This document shows, one piece after another, positions 36,402 to 45,969 of a stretch of 64,000 bases of DNA; position 1 is the stretch's first letter; the number at the start of each line of letters is the position of its first letter. The translations under genes and the position numbers were made by a program. The DNA lies in assembly GCA_011364925.1 (NCBI GenBank), contig RDOA01000016.1, positions 1 through 64,000 on the forward strand, given 5' to 3'. Below the pieces are notes generated by a model that was given only the letters and a program-made list of their open reading frames with translations, searched no databases and was not told the DNA's origin. The DNA comes from Promethearchaeota archaeon. Lineage in GTDB: Archaea > Asgardarchaeota > Lokiarchaeia > Sigyniarchaeales > SOKP01.

Positions 36402-38795
36402 TTAAGCATAAACTGTATATCTTGCAATAAGACCATCATCAATTGCTATGAATCCTATCCCTTGATGATGAGGGACCCAAACTTTATAGTAACCCATTGC
36501 AGTATTTCCGGATGCATCTGTTACTTCAAAATTAATGGTGTATACTCTTCCATTTCCTCCACCACAACGTTCAGCTCTTAGTTTGACTGTTTGGGGATCA
36601 ACAATAACGATATCGTTCAATGTATTCCCATCTCCACGACCGTTTTCAGGTTCATCGCTACTTACTGATGTGATTACTACATCTTCTAAACCGACATCTG
36701 CATCACAAATATCAGAGACATCTAAGATGAAATCAGAGACCGTTATATTGTGATATTTATGGTTTGGAGGCCACAATATTAGATTAAATTCTATTATTGA
36801 TATTTCTGGAGGAGTAGTATCGATTATAGTAATATCAACAGTATCAGAATCCGTGTAAATGCCATCAGAGACTGTAAGAGTAACAGTAGTAGTTCCTAAT
36901 GGAAAAATGACTGGGGCTGGCGTCATACCCGTAGTTGATCCACCCGCCCAATTCCATGTATAAGTTAACTCATCACCGTCAGGGTCACTAGATCCAGATC
37001 CATCGAGGTATACTTCTGTTCCTGCATGGCTCGTTTGTTCCAGAGTTTGATCTGGACCTGCATCTGCTATTGGTGGTTGATTTCCAATTTCAACCGTAAG
37101 GTCCTCAAGGATTGGTGATACATCCCCTTCTAATATCTGAAGGGTCGATTCAATTTGTAAGTATCTTCCATTTGGCGTAGAGCTGAGTAATTCACCATTA
37201 GTTACCGTTTCCCAAGCTGACCATGTGGATTCATCATCTGAGGACCTTACCTTTACAATTATAGAAGTTCCTTCAGGTTCTTCACCATTCCATGAGACTG
37301 TCCCCCATGGTGTATCAGATTCATCACTATCAAAGGTAATTGTCCATGTTCCTGTTTTTGTAGTAATTGTCCTCGATAGATACCCTGTCATGTCACTATA
37401 ACCATACTGGCCACCACTTCCAATGATGTACTTTTCAAGATCTACACCACCAAGATTGTCACTACCAAGATTTGGATCTATTCTCATAATAGATTCTAAA
37501 CCCGTACCAACTACCCAAACCTTACCATTACTATCAACCGAAACTCCAGTTGGGTCACGAGCAAGTCCGTCCCCGAGCCAATCAAGGGAAATTTCCTTCA
37601 ACAGGACACCATCGTTAGATAATCTATAGACTTTATTTTTAGTGGTTGAAGCTACCCAAACATCGCCATCACTTGTACATGCTACACCTCGCATATTCCA
37701 GTAATAATCTACAGAAGGGAATATTCCAGGTTTACTCCACTCTATTATATTTGATGGGAATGAACTCCCTACCTTTCTATTTATATCCAGCCGGGAAAGT
37801 ACATTATCGGTCCATCCTGAGGCAAAGAGATGGTCGCGACCATCTAAAGTTATTCCATAACTCATATATCTAGAATTTGTGAGAAATATTTTTTCAAAGG
37901 TTAAATCAGTGGTATTCAATCGCAGAATATGAGGTGTACCAGCACCTGTTGGTCTGTTTGAAGACCATAGGGTACCATTTGAGTCAATTACCGCTCCATA
38001 AGCATAATGACCAGGTACGTCTAAACTAACTTCAATTGCTCCTGTTTCTCCGTTAATACGATGATACACACAAGACATAGAGTATGGATAACCCCTGTAA
38101 TCTGTTGGACATGTTCCTGCCCATAGGTTATTTTCAGCATCAATTGCTAATCCTCTTGGAGAAGTTCTCCAATGGCTTGTATCATAAGGTCCATGATAGT
38201 CTCCTGGTGCAAAAGTGCCTTCATGACCTTTATACAAAACGACTTCAAAAAGGACACATTCATCTTCTCCCCAAGGAAGAAGTTCTGTGCCATCAATTAT
38301 TCCATTTCCGTTATCATCAGATGATGTAGTACAAATTCCATCTCCATTTCTATCATCCCAAATACCCGCTTCAAAAAGACCTATCTTAACCACGGTACCA
38401 GCATCTCTGTTGCCAACCCAACAATTTCCTTGAAGATCAACTGTAGTTCTGGAAGGGCTTGACGATTTTCCAATGTAATCAGGATTTTGAGGGTCCGGCA
38501 TTACCCAATAGCGTCCTAATTCGTCCCCCGTATCAGTATTGACCTTAGAAACTGTGCCTTGGCCAGTATTAGGAACCCAGATGTAGGGTAATGTAATCTG
38601 TTCTGTAGAGAGCTGTAGTTGATCGTGAACAGTATCGTGTTCTAAATTAACGAGGGTACCCTCATCGAAATCTGCATCAAAAGTATAAGTACGAGATGAG
38701 ACAAGTGGATTTCCAAGTGAGGGTTGAATAAATACGAAGCTACTACACAATAGGAATAGTGATAAAAGTATTAATTTTAAAATTAGTTTTTTCAT
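36402..38795 (-). CDS. Large secreted protein: beta-propeller (Vgb/NHL-like), PKD/Ig-like domain and LWPPNHK-type C-terminal domain
   Basis: Signal peptide; repeated GLAID..NNLW / G..VDSNG.VW blades; DxNGDG Ca-binding-like loops; NQPPIADAGPDQ...LDGSGSSDPDGD; LWPPNHKY. Confidence 0.78.
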   Translation of the reverse strand: MKKLILKLILLSLFLLCSSFVFIQPSLGNPLVSSRTYTFDADFDEGTLVNLEHDTVHDQLQLSTEQITLPYIWVPNTGQGTVSKVNTDTGDELGRYWVMPDPQNPDYIGKSSSPSRTTVDLQGNCWVGNRDAGTVVKIGLFEAGIWDDRNGDGICTTSSDDNGNGIIDGTELLPWGEDECVLFEVVLYKGHEGTFAPGDYHGPYDTSHWRTSPRGLAIDAENNLWAGTCPTDYRGYPYSMSCVYHRINGETGAIEVSLDVPGHYAYGAVIDSNGTLWSSNRPTGAGTPHILRLNTTDLTFEKIFLTNSRYMSYGITLDGRDHLFASGWTDNVLSRLDINRKVGSSFPSNIIEWSKPGIFPSVDYYWNMRGVACTSDGDVWVASTTKNKVYRLSNDGVLLKEISLDWLGDGLARDPTGVSVDSNGKVWVVGTGLESIMRIDPNLGSDNLGGVDLEKYIIGSGGQYGYSDMTGYLSRTITTKTGTWTITFDSDESDTPWGTVSWNGEEPEGTSIIVKVRSSDDESTWSAWETVTNGELLSSTPNGRYLQIESTLQILEGDVSPILEDLTVEIGNQPPIADAGPDQTLEQTSHAGTEVYLDGSGSSDPDGDELTYTWNWAGGSTTGMTPAPVIFPLGTTTVTLTVSDGIYTDSDTVDITIIDTTPPEISIIEFNLILWPPNHKYHNITVSDFILDVSDICDADVGLEDVVITSVSSDEPENGRGDGNTLNDIVIVDPQTVKLRAERCGGGNGRVYTINFEVTDASGNTAMGYYKVWVPHHQGIGFIAIDDGLIARYTVYA

Positions 38796-38970
38796 TTTAT
38801 TCCTCTTAATTAATTAGTTTTTTTGAAATAAATTTCACCAAGTAGTAAGTTTGTTACCACAAGAAACAAAATTAGATAGGTTTGTATTTAAACTTTTACA
38901 CAAATATGTCAAAAATTTCTTAGTAAATAGTAAATAGCTACAAAAAAATTGAACATCAATAGGGTTAAGA

Positions 38971-39711
38971 TTATTTGTTTTTATTCTTCCACCAATATGG
39001 GTTATTTAACTTGAAAAATTTGCCATAATCTAGCAATAATATATGATTTTCCATAATCGAAAACGCAAAACCTCCAAGGTAGTCCACCCATCGTTTATCG
39101 GGAGGAATAGCGAACCATCCAAATCTGAAAATCATAATATGAAAATCGTGAGTAACAAAAATATTGATACCACCTTCAGGAATGTTTTCTACTTCGCTCC
39201 AAATTTGTCCGCCACTTCTTTGATAAAAAGGTTGCGCTAAAGGCCATAGATCTGGCGAATAAACACCCGCTAAATAACGAAGGATCACTTGATAATTTTC
39301 ATTTTTGTTGAATTCGTCTAAATACGATTGATTATTTATTCCAATTCCATATAAAGCATTACACACTCCAATGTAATCACCCTTTCCGTTTCTTCCTGTG
39401 AATCCTTGGCATATTTTTTCAGCAGTCACTTTGCAGCGGCTACGAGGGCTATGAAGCAATCGAATAGGTCTTTCTATTGGCAAATTCTCACCAAATTTTA
39501 CTGCAATTTCTTCTCCTAAAGGTGTTAACTCCATGTTCGCGTCCTTTAATTCGCTTTCTTTAACTAACTTCGGTTCATATCTTTGCGAATGTCTTAGTAC
39601 TATAGTGATTTTCGAAGTTTTAGGAAATTCATCGAGACCTCTTAGTAGTTCCCTCGCATGGTGTGTCCAGGTGTGTTCTTTCCAGATTTGATCATTAAAT
39701 CCTTCTGCCAT
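38971..39711 (-). CDS. Histidine phosphatase superfamily protein
   Basis: LRHS, LT..G, SPRSRCKVTA, VTHD. Confidence 0.82.
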   Translation of the reverse strand: MAEGFNDQIWKEHTWTHHARELLRGLDEFPKTSKITIVLRHSQRYEPKLVKESELKDANMELTPLGEEIAVKFGENLPIERPIRLLHSPRSRCKVTAEKICQGFTGRNGKGDYIGVCNALYGIGINNQSYLDEFNKNENYQVILRYLAGVYSPDLWPLAQPFYQRSGGQIWSEVENIPEGGINIFVTHDFHIMIFRFGWFAIPPDKRWVDYLGGFAFSIMENHILLLDYGKFFKLNNPYWWKNKNK

Positions 39712-39725
39712 AATAAACCCTTTCC

Positions 39726-40505
39726 TTACTCCTTTTGGCAAGTTGGACAATAAAAGCCATGTCGCCCTGAAATTTCAAATCGAGTGATATCGTTGTTGCA
39801 AACTGGGCATTTTTCTTCTTTCTTACGATGTGGAATCAGAAACTCGTCGGGGTATGAGCTTAAATCTCCTTCTTTCTTGATTCCAAACTCCAGCACATCT
39901 ATAATATTGCTATACAATTCTTTTAATTTATTATCACTTAAAGTATTAATATTAGTTTTTGGATGTATTTTAGTTCTAAACAAAATTTCGTCAGAATAGA
40001 TGTTACCAACACCAGCGATAAAACTTTGGTTCAGCAATGCGTTTTTAGCGATAGCACTTCTTCTCTGCGCAGCTTCATGGAATTCTTCGAAAGTCATTTT
40101 ATAAGCATCTGGTCCTAATTTTTTATTTTCGACAAATTCTTCAAAGGAATTTACGATAGATACTTTTCCAAACATTCTAACGGATATATAAGCCAAGCTA
40201 AAGCCGTTATTAAATTGGAATATCACCTTACTAAACCTAGGAGGATCATCCTTGCTGTTGTAATACTCTAAATCTCCACTCATCCCAAAATGCATTACCA
40301 GAAATTGGGGATTGAGATATACGAGTAGATACTTTCCATGACGTATTGATGACTCGAATTGTTTACCCTTTAAGGCTTTTCTTAAATAAGCTTCTTCTGT
40401 GTTTAATATTCTATTATCAGTAATATGAACTTCTTTAATTAATTGCTTTAAAGATGTTTTATCTAAGTACCGTTTGAAAGTTTCTACTTCAGGAAGTTCT
40501 GGCAT
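39726..40505 (-). CDS. mutM: Formamidopyrimidine-DNA glycosylase (Fpg/Nei family)
   Basis: N-terminal MPELPEVE, RHGKYL, HFGMSG, LLNQ..IAGVGNIYSDE, C-terminal CPVC...CPTCQ zinc finger. Confidence 0.93.
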   Translation of the reverse strand: MPELPEVETFKRYLDKTSLKQLIKEVHITDNRILNTEEAYLRKALKGKQFESSIRHGKYLLVYLNPQFLVMHFGMSGDLEYYNSKDDPPRFSKVIFQFNNGFSLAYISVRMFGKVSIVNSFEEFVENKKLGPDAYKMTFEEFHEAAQRRSAIAKNALLNQSFIAGVGNIYSDEILFRTKIHPKTNINTLSDNKLKELYSNIIDVLEFGIKKEGDLSSYPDEFLIPHRKKEEKCPVCNNDITRFEISGRHGFYCPTCQKE

Positions 40506-40574
40506 TAATCTAATTTGATATGCTTCTTTTTAATAATTAACATTATAATGCAAACCTTATGAAGATTTTTGTCT

Positions 40575-40991
40575 TCATTGATATTGCCTTTTCATATACT
40601 TAACTGATTCAGAAACAAGTTCTTTTAGATTGTCAATATCAATATCTTTAAGCTTATTTATGTAAAGACAAGATTTCCCAATCTTAAATTTTCCGAGTTT
40701 ACTTAAAATTTCATCATATCCTTCGAAACCTGACATGATATACAAGGTTAAATTTTGCTTTCGAGGAGAAAATCCTACTAAAGGCCAATCTCCCTCGCGA
40801 CCACTCGCGTATTTGTAGTGATAACTTCCAAATCCAACGATGCTATCTCCCCACATCACAGGCTTCTCATTTGTAACCTTTTCCATTAATTTTAAAATCT
40901 TAAAACTGTCTTCTCTTTTAGTTGCATTTTCGACTTTCTTGAGAAACTCATCGACATTTTTCTTGGTTGGTTTTGTTTTCAGCTCAGTCAT
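40575..40991 (-). CDS. DUF1801-family protein
   Basis: MWGDSIVGFGSYHYKYASGREGDW, GFSPRK, GKSCLYI. Confidence 0.9.
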   Translation of the reverse strand: MTELKTKPTKKNVDEFLKKVENATKREDSFKILKLMEKVTNEKPVMWGDSIVGFGSYHYKYASGREGDWPLVGFSPRKQNLTLYIMSGFEGYDEILSKLGKFKIGKSCLYINKLKDIDIDNLKELVSESVKYMKRQYQ

Positions 40992-41100
40992 AGAATTTAA
41001 GGATGCAAGAGAGTATTAAAATGTTTTTGATTCACTCAGATTAAAATACTTGATTGTTCTAATAATATTTAACAAAATTTTTCAGAAAAGGTTAAAGAGT

Positions 41101-42450
41101 TTGAGTAAAAAAAAATCTGTTTTAGTCTTCTTAATGATAGTTTTAATGTCTACAACACTAACGTCAATTTCGTTTTCTGACAATTTTCCGAAGTCGAGTG
41201 GATCCACTCCTATGGAGGGTGTTGTGGTCGATGGTACAATTACAGAGTCAGAATGGGCTGGTCTTGATTGGAAAGTTCCATTTTACTTAGATATTGATGA
41301 TGTTGGAAATCCCCCCGATACCGATGGATATAATTACCTATATTTAGGAGAGGATTTATCCAATCTTTATATTGGATTGGATCTATGTAGCGATAAAACG
41401 GGAGGTACTAACGGAGAATGGGTAAGCGTGTGGTTAAATACTAATAATCGCACATTCTCAGATGCTTATGATTGGCAGTCGTATTATAACGACGGTGTAG
41501 AATCGTTAGTTTACGATGTAGAAAGAGATCAAGAATGGGACTTCCTTTCGAATAATATAGGAGGCTTTCAATCTACTATAAACGACGATTCAGAATATGC
41601 TGCTGTATATGGTACTATTGAGGGAAATAAAACTTGTTTGGATCATTTAGATAATTTGGTTTTTAATGTGACATCAGAATTTGTTGCTGGTAGTTATATG
41701 AGTAGAGTCGAATTTATCGTTGATTTACGCGAAATGTTTGGTGATTTTTTTGACCCAATTTTTGTAGATCATATTCAATGGATCCAATTTCAGATTTACA
41801 CTAAAGCAAACACGACTATTTCGGATCATTATCTCTATCTTGCGTACGACGATGGGACAGTAAATCCTAGTGATAAAGATCAAGTTCGGCAACTTAGCAC
41901 AACTACCACCAGGGAAGTGCTCCAATTTACGTACGGTCCTGGGAACATTTCCGTAAATCACGAAATGAAGTTCGTATTATATGCTAATCATACCTCTCCA
42001 TTCACGACGTTAATAAATAGCCTACACATAACTCCTTACTCTAACATGACAAATAGCGTAGCGACAGTAACTTACCCATATACTTCTATTAACAATTATG
42101 ATATTGAATGGTCCTTCGGACCAAGCGCCAACAACGCATCTAGTCATCGTATGTATGAAATACGAATTCCAAAAAGCGAACTAGAACACTACGATCCTAA
42201 CGAAGCTTTAGGGATACAAGTAGGAGGGTATGGCACGATGGCATTTCCTGGCAGCAATTATTGGGTATTTTCAACAACACCTGTAAATCTAATACCGGCT
42301 TTAAGCTTTAGGTATCTATTTTACGATATGGGTGGTTGTCAAACACCCCCCAGTCCTGCTATTCCTGGATACAATTTGTACATTCTTCTTGGTCTTATCG
42401 GATTTACATTGACAATCTTAATAAGAAGGAAAAATCGAAATCTTAACTAA
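41101..42450 (+). CDS. Cell-surface protein with CBM9/DOMON-like segments and a Loki-CTERM-type anchor
   Basis: Signal peptide; VDGTITESEW...LYIGLD...YEIRIPKSEL; C-terminal PAIPGY-TM-RRKNR; many N-x-S/T sequons. Confidence 0.72.
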   Translation: MSKKKSVLVFLMIVLMSTTLTSISFSDNFPKSSGSTPMEGVVVDGTITESEWAGLDWKVPFYLDIDDVGNPPDTDGYNYLYLGEDLSNLYIGLDLCSDKTGGTNGEWVSVWLNTNNRTFSDAYDWQSYYNDGVESLVYDVERDQEWDFLSNNIGGFQSTINDDSEYAAVYGTIEGNKTCLDHLDNLVFNVTSEFVAGSYMSRVEFIVDLREMFGDFFDPIFVDHIQWIQFQIYTKANTTISDHYLYLAYDDGTVNPSDKDQVRQLSTTTTREVLQFTYGPGNISVNHEMKFVLYANHTSPFTTLINSLHITPYSNMTNSVATVTYPYTSINNYDIEWSFGPSANNASSHRMYEIRIPKSELEHYDPNEALGIQVGGYGTMAFPGSNYWVFSTTPVNLIPALSFRYLFYDMGGCQTPPSPAIPGYNLYILLGLIGFTLTILIRRKNRNLN

Positions 42451-42488
42451 TTTTTTTTACTTTTTCAAATTTTTGTGTTAAATTTAAT

Positions 42489-43376
42489 TTATTTTGCAAG
42501 TTCTTCTTTTATTTTAAGAGCTAATGCTTCGCTTTCTTCAGAATCAGTAAGGAATTCGATATCACTGGGTGTTTTTATGCCTAAGTCTAATTCAATTGCT
42601 CTCTTAATTTGATCTTGCCCAAAAATTGGACCGTTAGATACTTCTGGTGTGGTTCCAAGAGTACGCAATATAGCAACCCCAATAGCATCAATAGCAATTT
42701 TGTCAGTACCAGCAACGAACACATTTGCTTCTACTCGTGTACCTTCCATTGGGCCTCGATCTACAAATGTTATAACGCCATCCATGATAATCAAATCTGG
42801 TTTATAAGCGCAGTTAATCTCCGCTATCATTTCTCGCTGATGTTTTGATGCGTGTAATTCTGACATATTTTTCTTATTAACCGTTCCCACCGCATTCTTT
42901 AACGACATGGTGAAGTGTCCTCCATACATGTGAGTCTTCAAGCAACATGTCTCTACAATACATTCTGCTTCGTCGTAGATTTTAGCAAATAGGAATCCGT
43001 TATTCCAGTGATTGCTTTCTGGGTCTTTGAGAACATAATTATCATCGGGAATTCTAGTTAAATCGACTAAATTCACATCCATTTCTTCTGCTAAACGATC
43101 AACACCTAATTTTTTAAAAACTTCTGATGTTTTCGCTGGACCAGCTCGTTCTGCAATTGTAATACTTTCCACCCCCATTTCCTTTAGCTTTAGGATTAGC
43201 TGCTTAACAGTTTCCATAGAACTTGAAGCAGGAGGAGGATCGGCAGTATTAAAATTAGGTTTAAAAATTATGTTTTTCCCCTTCACGGGATTGATATCCA
43301 ACAACTCTAAAGCTTTATTAACACCATATATGCGATCGTTTGTTGAAACAACTGCTACCTTAGTCATAATGTCCAC
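42489..43376 (-). CDS. DUF362-family protein
   Basis: KPNFN, LKTH, TMSLKN..G, PDL.IMDG, D.IAIDA. Confidence 0.88.
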   Translation of the reverse strand: MDIMTKVAVVSTNDRIYGVNKALELLDINPVKGKNIIFKPNFNTADPPPASSSMETVKQLILKLKEMGVESITIAERAGPAKTSEVFKKLGVDRLAEEMDVNLVDLTRIPDDNYVLKDPESNHWNNGFLFAKIYDEAECIVETCCLKTHMYGGHFTMSLKNAVGTVNKKNMSELHASKHQREMIAEINCAYKPDLIIMDGVITFVDRGPMEGTRVEANVFVAGTDKIAIDAIGVAILRTLGTTPEVSNGPIFGQDQIKRAIELDLGIKTPSDIEFLTDSEESEALALKIKEELAK

Positions 43377-43465
43377 CTTGTGTTAGGTACAATTGGACGG
43401 ATAAAAATAAAGTTTATTGTTAAGATTCTTAGGCAAATTTAATCCTTTTCAGATTGAAAATAAAA

Positions 43466-44323
43466 TCAACCTAAGATTTTATTAAGCTTATTCCCTAGAA
43501 TTTCAGGGAGTTCACCTAAATAAGAGTTAAAATCACAAATTAACAGGTAAAGATAAGGCTCGAATAGCCCTTCTATACTCGGACCTATATCTGATTTATA
43601 GATATAAACCCATATTTCCTCACCATTAAAAGTGGATTGGCGATAGACCCAATTCAATGGAGGAATTTCAGGAATGTTTCCAATGTTTCTCAATACCCTG
43701 TGGATATCGTCGAGTGAATACTTTTTACCAAGTATCATTATAGGAGAAAGATCGAAAGATGTTATGCATATCTCGTGTAAACCGTAATGCTTCATTTCCT
43801 TCATGAAATCGTTTCCTAATTTTTTTAATTCAGCTTTATGGTGGTTAACACGGGCTCTCGCTTCAAAATCAGTCAAAATATTGTAAATTTTCTCTTCTTG
43901 AACGGGTAATATTTCAATAGCAGTTTCTAAAGGTACCTTATAGGAGAGAAGAACATCGTATATTAATTTAATTTTAGCATAAACAGATTTGTGAAAAAGA
44001 TATGATTCCGTTTGGCAAGTAACGAGAACATCGCCTGAATAATCTTCTTTATCCTTATGAAACTCCTCGTGATCAGTTGAATTGAACTCAAGAATGTTAA
44101 TATTTTTGGACATTGCACGTGCAAATTTAAATAACGCTGAAACTAGTCCAGCATTTAACTCAAAAGAATCCGCAATCTCAAAATTTGTTTTAGCTTTAAA
44201 ATCTTCTTTTGAAAAATCGAAAAATCTAAGGTATTGCTTTATACCATTAGGAGCATCTTTTACTTTTAGCTGATAATAAGGGAATCCGTTGCTGGTTATA
44301 ACTGAAAATGTATAAATTGTCAA
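43466..44323 (-). CDS. Hypothetical protein with a possible longin-like N-terminal domain
   Basis: IYTFSVITSNGFPYY...LNAGLVSALFKFARAM resembles the longin beta1-beta2-alpha1 pattern. Confidence 0.5.
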   Translation of the reverse strand: MTIYTFSVITSNGFPYYQLKVKDAPNGIKQYLRFFDFSKEDFKAKTNFEIADSFELNAGLVSALFKFARAMSKNINILEFNSTDHEEFHKDKEDYSGDVLVTCQTESYLFHKSVYAKIKLIYDVLLSYKVPLETAIEILPVQEEKIYNILTDFEARARVNHHKAELKKLGNDFMKEMKHYGLHEICITSFDLSPIMILGKKYSLDDIHRVLRNIGNIPEIPPLNWVYRQSTFNGEEIWVYIYKSDIGPSIEGLFEPYLYLLICDFNSYLGELPEILGNKLNKILG

Positions 44324-44445
44324 TTTTTAAGAGATTTTTAGTATTAATATATTCTATTAATTACAAATGTACTATTATACTTAATTTTTATATAGTTATT
44401 GAATTCCAAAAAGTAATTATATAAATTTTGAAAACTTTGTTCTTT

Positions 44446-45849
44446 TTAAGCGATCCTAACTCCTTGCCTTTTAAGAGCTTCCTGTACTCTTGGAATGCTT
44501 ACTTGCCTGCACGGAACATTCTCTTTAATAGAAACGGCAGCAACCACTCCTGCACCCTGCCCTGTAACCATACAACAGCACATTTGGCGAGTGGCAGCAT
44601 GAGAAATCTTGTCTCCAGCAACACAACGACCCGCTACCAAGAGATTTTCCACTTTTTGAGGAATAATAATACCAATGGGAACTTGAAAATATCTGCCCGT
44701 AGTGGGCATTACAGCTATACCATAGCCATCGATAAATTCGGGACAAATCCCAATAGAGTCTTCGAAACGAGCTTGATTTCTTATATCGTTTTCAGTTATT
44801 TCGTACTCGCCAATAATTTTTCTTGATTCTCTAGTACCTAAAGATGAACCAATCGTTCTGAGTCTTGCTTTTTTGAAACCCGGGGTATATTTTTTCAACG
44901 CTTTGATAGCCCATAAAACGCGCTTTCTTCCATCTATCTCCGCTTTAGTGAGGTCCCATACATCCGTAGGATCTATATTTTTCATATGAATCCCGTTGAA
45001 AGAAGTTATTTCTCCTGCATCTGTATAATTAGTCCAAAAACTTTCAATATCAACATTTTTAGGTATCTCGCCTGCTTCTTTAGCTTTTTTAAAGGGTTCA
45101 ACTAGGTAAGTGGTAAAAGAGTCTTCTTCCTTTCCAGAAGTCTCTCCCCAATCCCCTATGCGACTCGGATTTAAGTATACATACATTAAAAATTTACCGA
45201 TATTAATGCCACTAGCCCCAAAATTTACAGTTACCTCCATTAATTCGTTCTTTGGGCTTTTTCGAAATGGAACCCCTGACAGATACGCAATGTCTGCATC
45301 ACCCGTGGCATCTATAACTCGTTTAGCCAGAATCGCTCTTCTTCCAGATTTACTTTCAGTTATTACTCCTTTAATCGTATTGTCTTCCATAACAACATCA
45401 ACGGCAATGCAATGAAGTAATGGTGTGATACCGGCTTCTTGAACTAACTCATCTGCAACATGCTTAAATACTTCAGTTTCAAGCACTTCATAGGTAGGTT
45501 CTCCATTTACCATCAACCCTTCTTGTTCGAGTGTAGCGATCATATCTTTATTTTTGATATTTCCGAGGATGTTTATGCTACCATTCATTTCTTTTGCTCG
45601 TTTTTCAAACTCTAATCCTATTCCACCAGCGTCAACTGTTTTAGCGTAGCGATACCAAGCAATGGTACCAATCATTGATTGCGTTATCACTCCTCCAAAA
45701 CAACCAAATCTTTCTACAAGAATTGTATCAACACCTTCTCTTGCAGCGGCTAGAGCGGCAGAGAGACCTGCTGGTCCACCGCCTAAGACTAATACATCAG
45801 TTTCTCTTAAAACAGGTGTCATTTTTGGAGATTCTTCAACAAACTTCAC
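44446..45849 (-). CDS. FAD-dependent oxidoreductase (FAD_oxidored family)
   Basis: DVLVLGGGPAG, VIDATGDAD, GTRESR, NLLVAGRC. Confidence 0.9.
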   Translation of the reverse strand: MKFVEESPKMTPVLRETDVLVLGGGPAGLSAALAAAREGVDTILVERFGCFGGVITQSMIGTIAWYRYAKTVDAGGIGLEFEKRAKEMNGSINILGNIKNKDMIATLEQEGLMVNGEPTYEVLETEVFKHVADELVQEAGITPLLHCIAVDVVMEDNTIKGVITESKSGRRAILAKRVIDATGDADIAYLSGVPFRKSPKNELMEVTVNFGASGINIGKFLMYVYLNPSRIGDWGETSGKEEDSFTTYLVEPFKKAKEAGEIPKNVDIESFWTNYTDAGEITSFNGIHMKNIDPTDVWDLTKAEIDGRKRVLWAIKALKKYTPGFKKARLRTIGSSLGTRESRKIIGEYEITENDIRNQARFEDSIGICPEFIDGYGIAVMPTTGRYFQVPIGIIIPQKVENLLVAGRCVAGDKISHAATRQMCCCMVTGQGAGVVAAVSIKENVPCRQVSIPRVQEALKRQGVRIA

Positions 45850-45969
45850 GATTTCTTCCCTAGATTCAAATCTTTAGTTTTTAATTAAGAAATCTTCAAT
45901 GAGATTTTAATTGTAAGAATATATGATATATATATAACTTTTTTATATTCAATTGTTTTAAATTAATTT

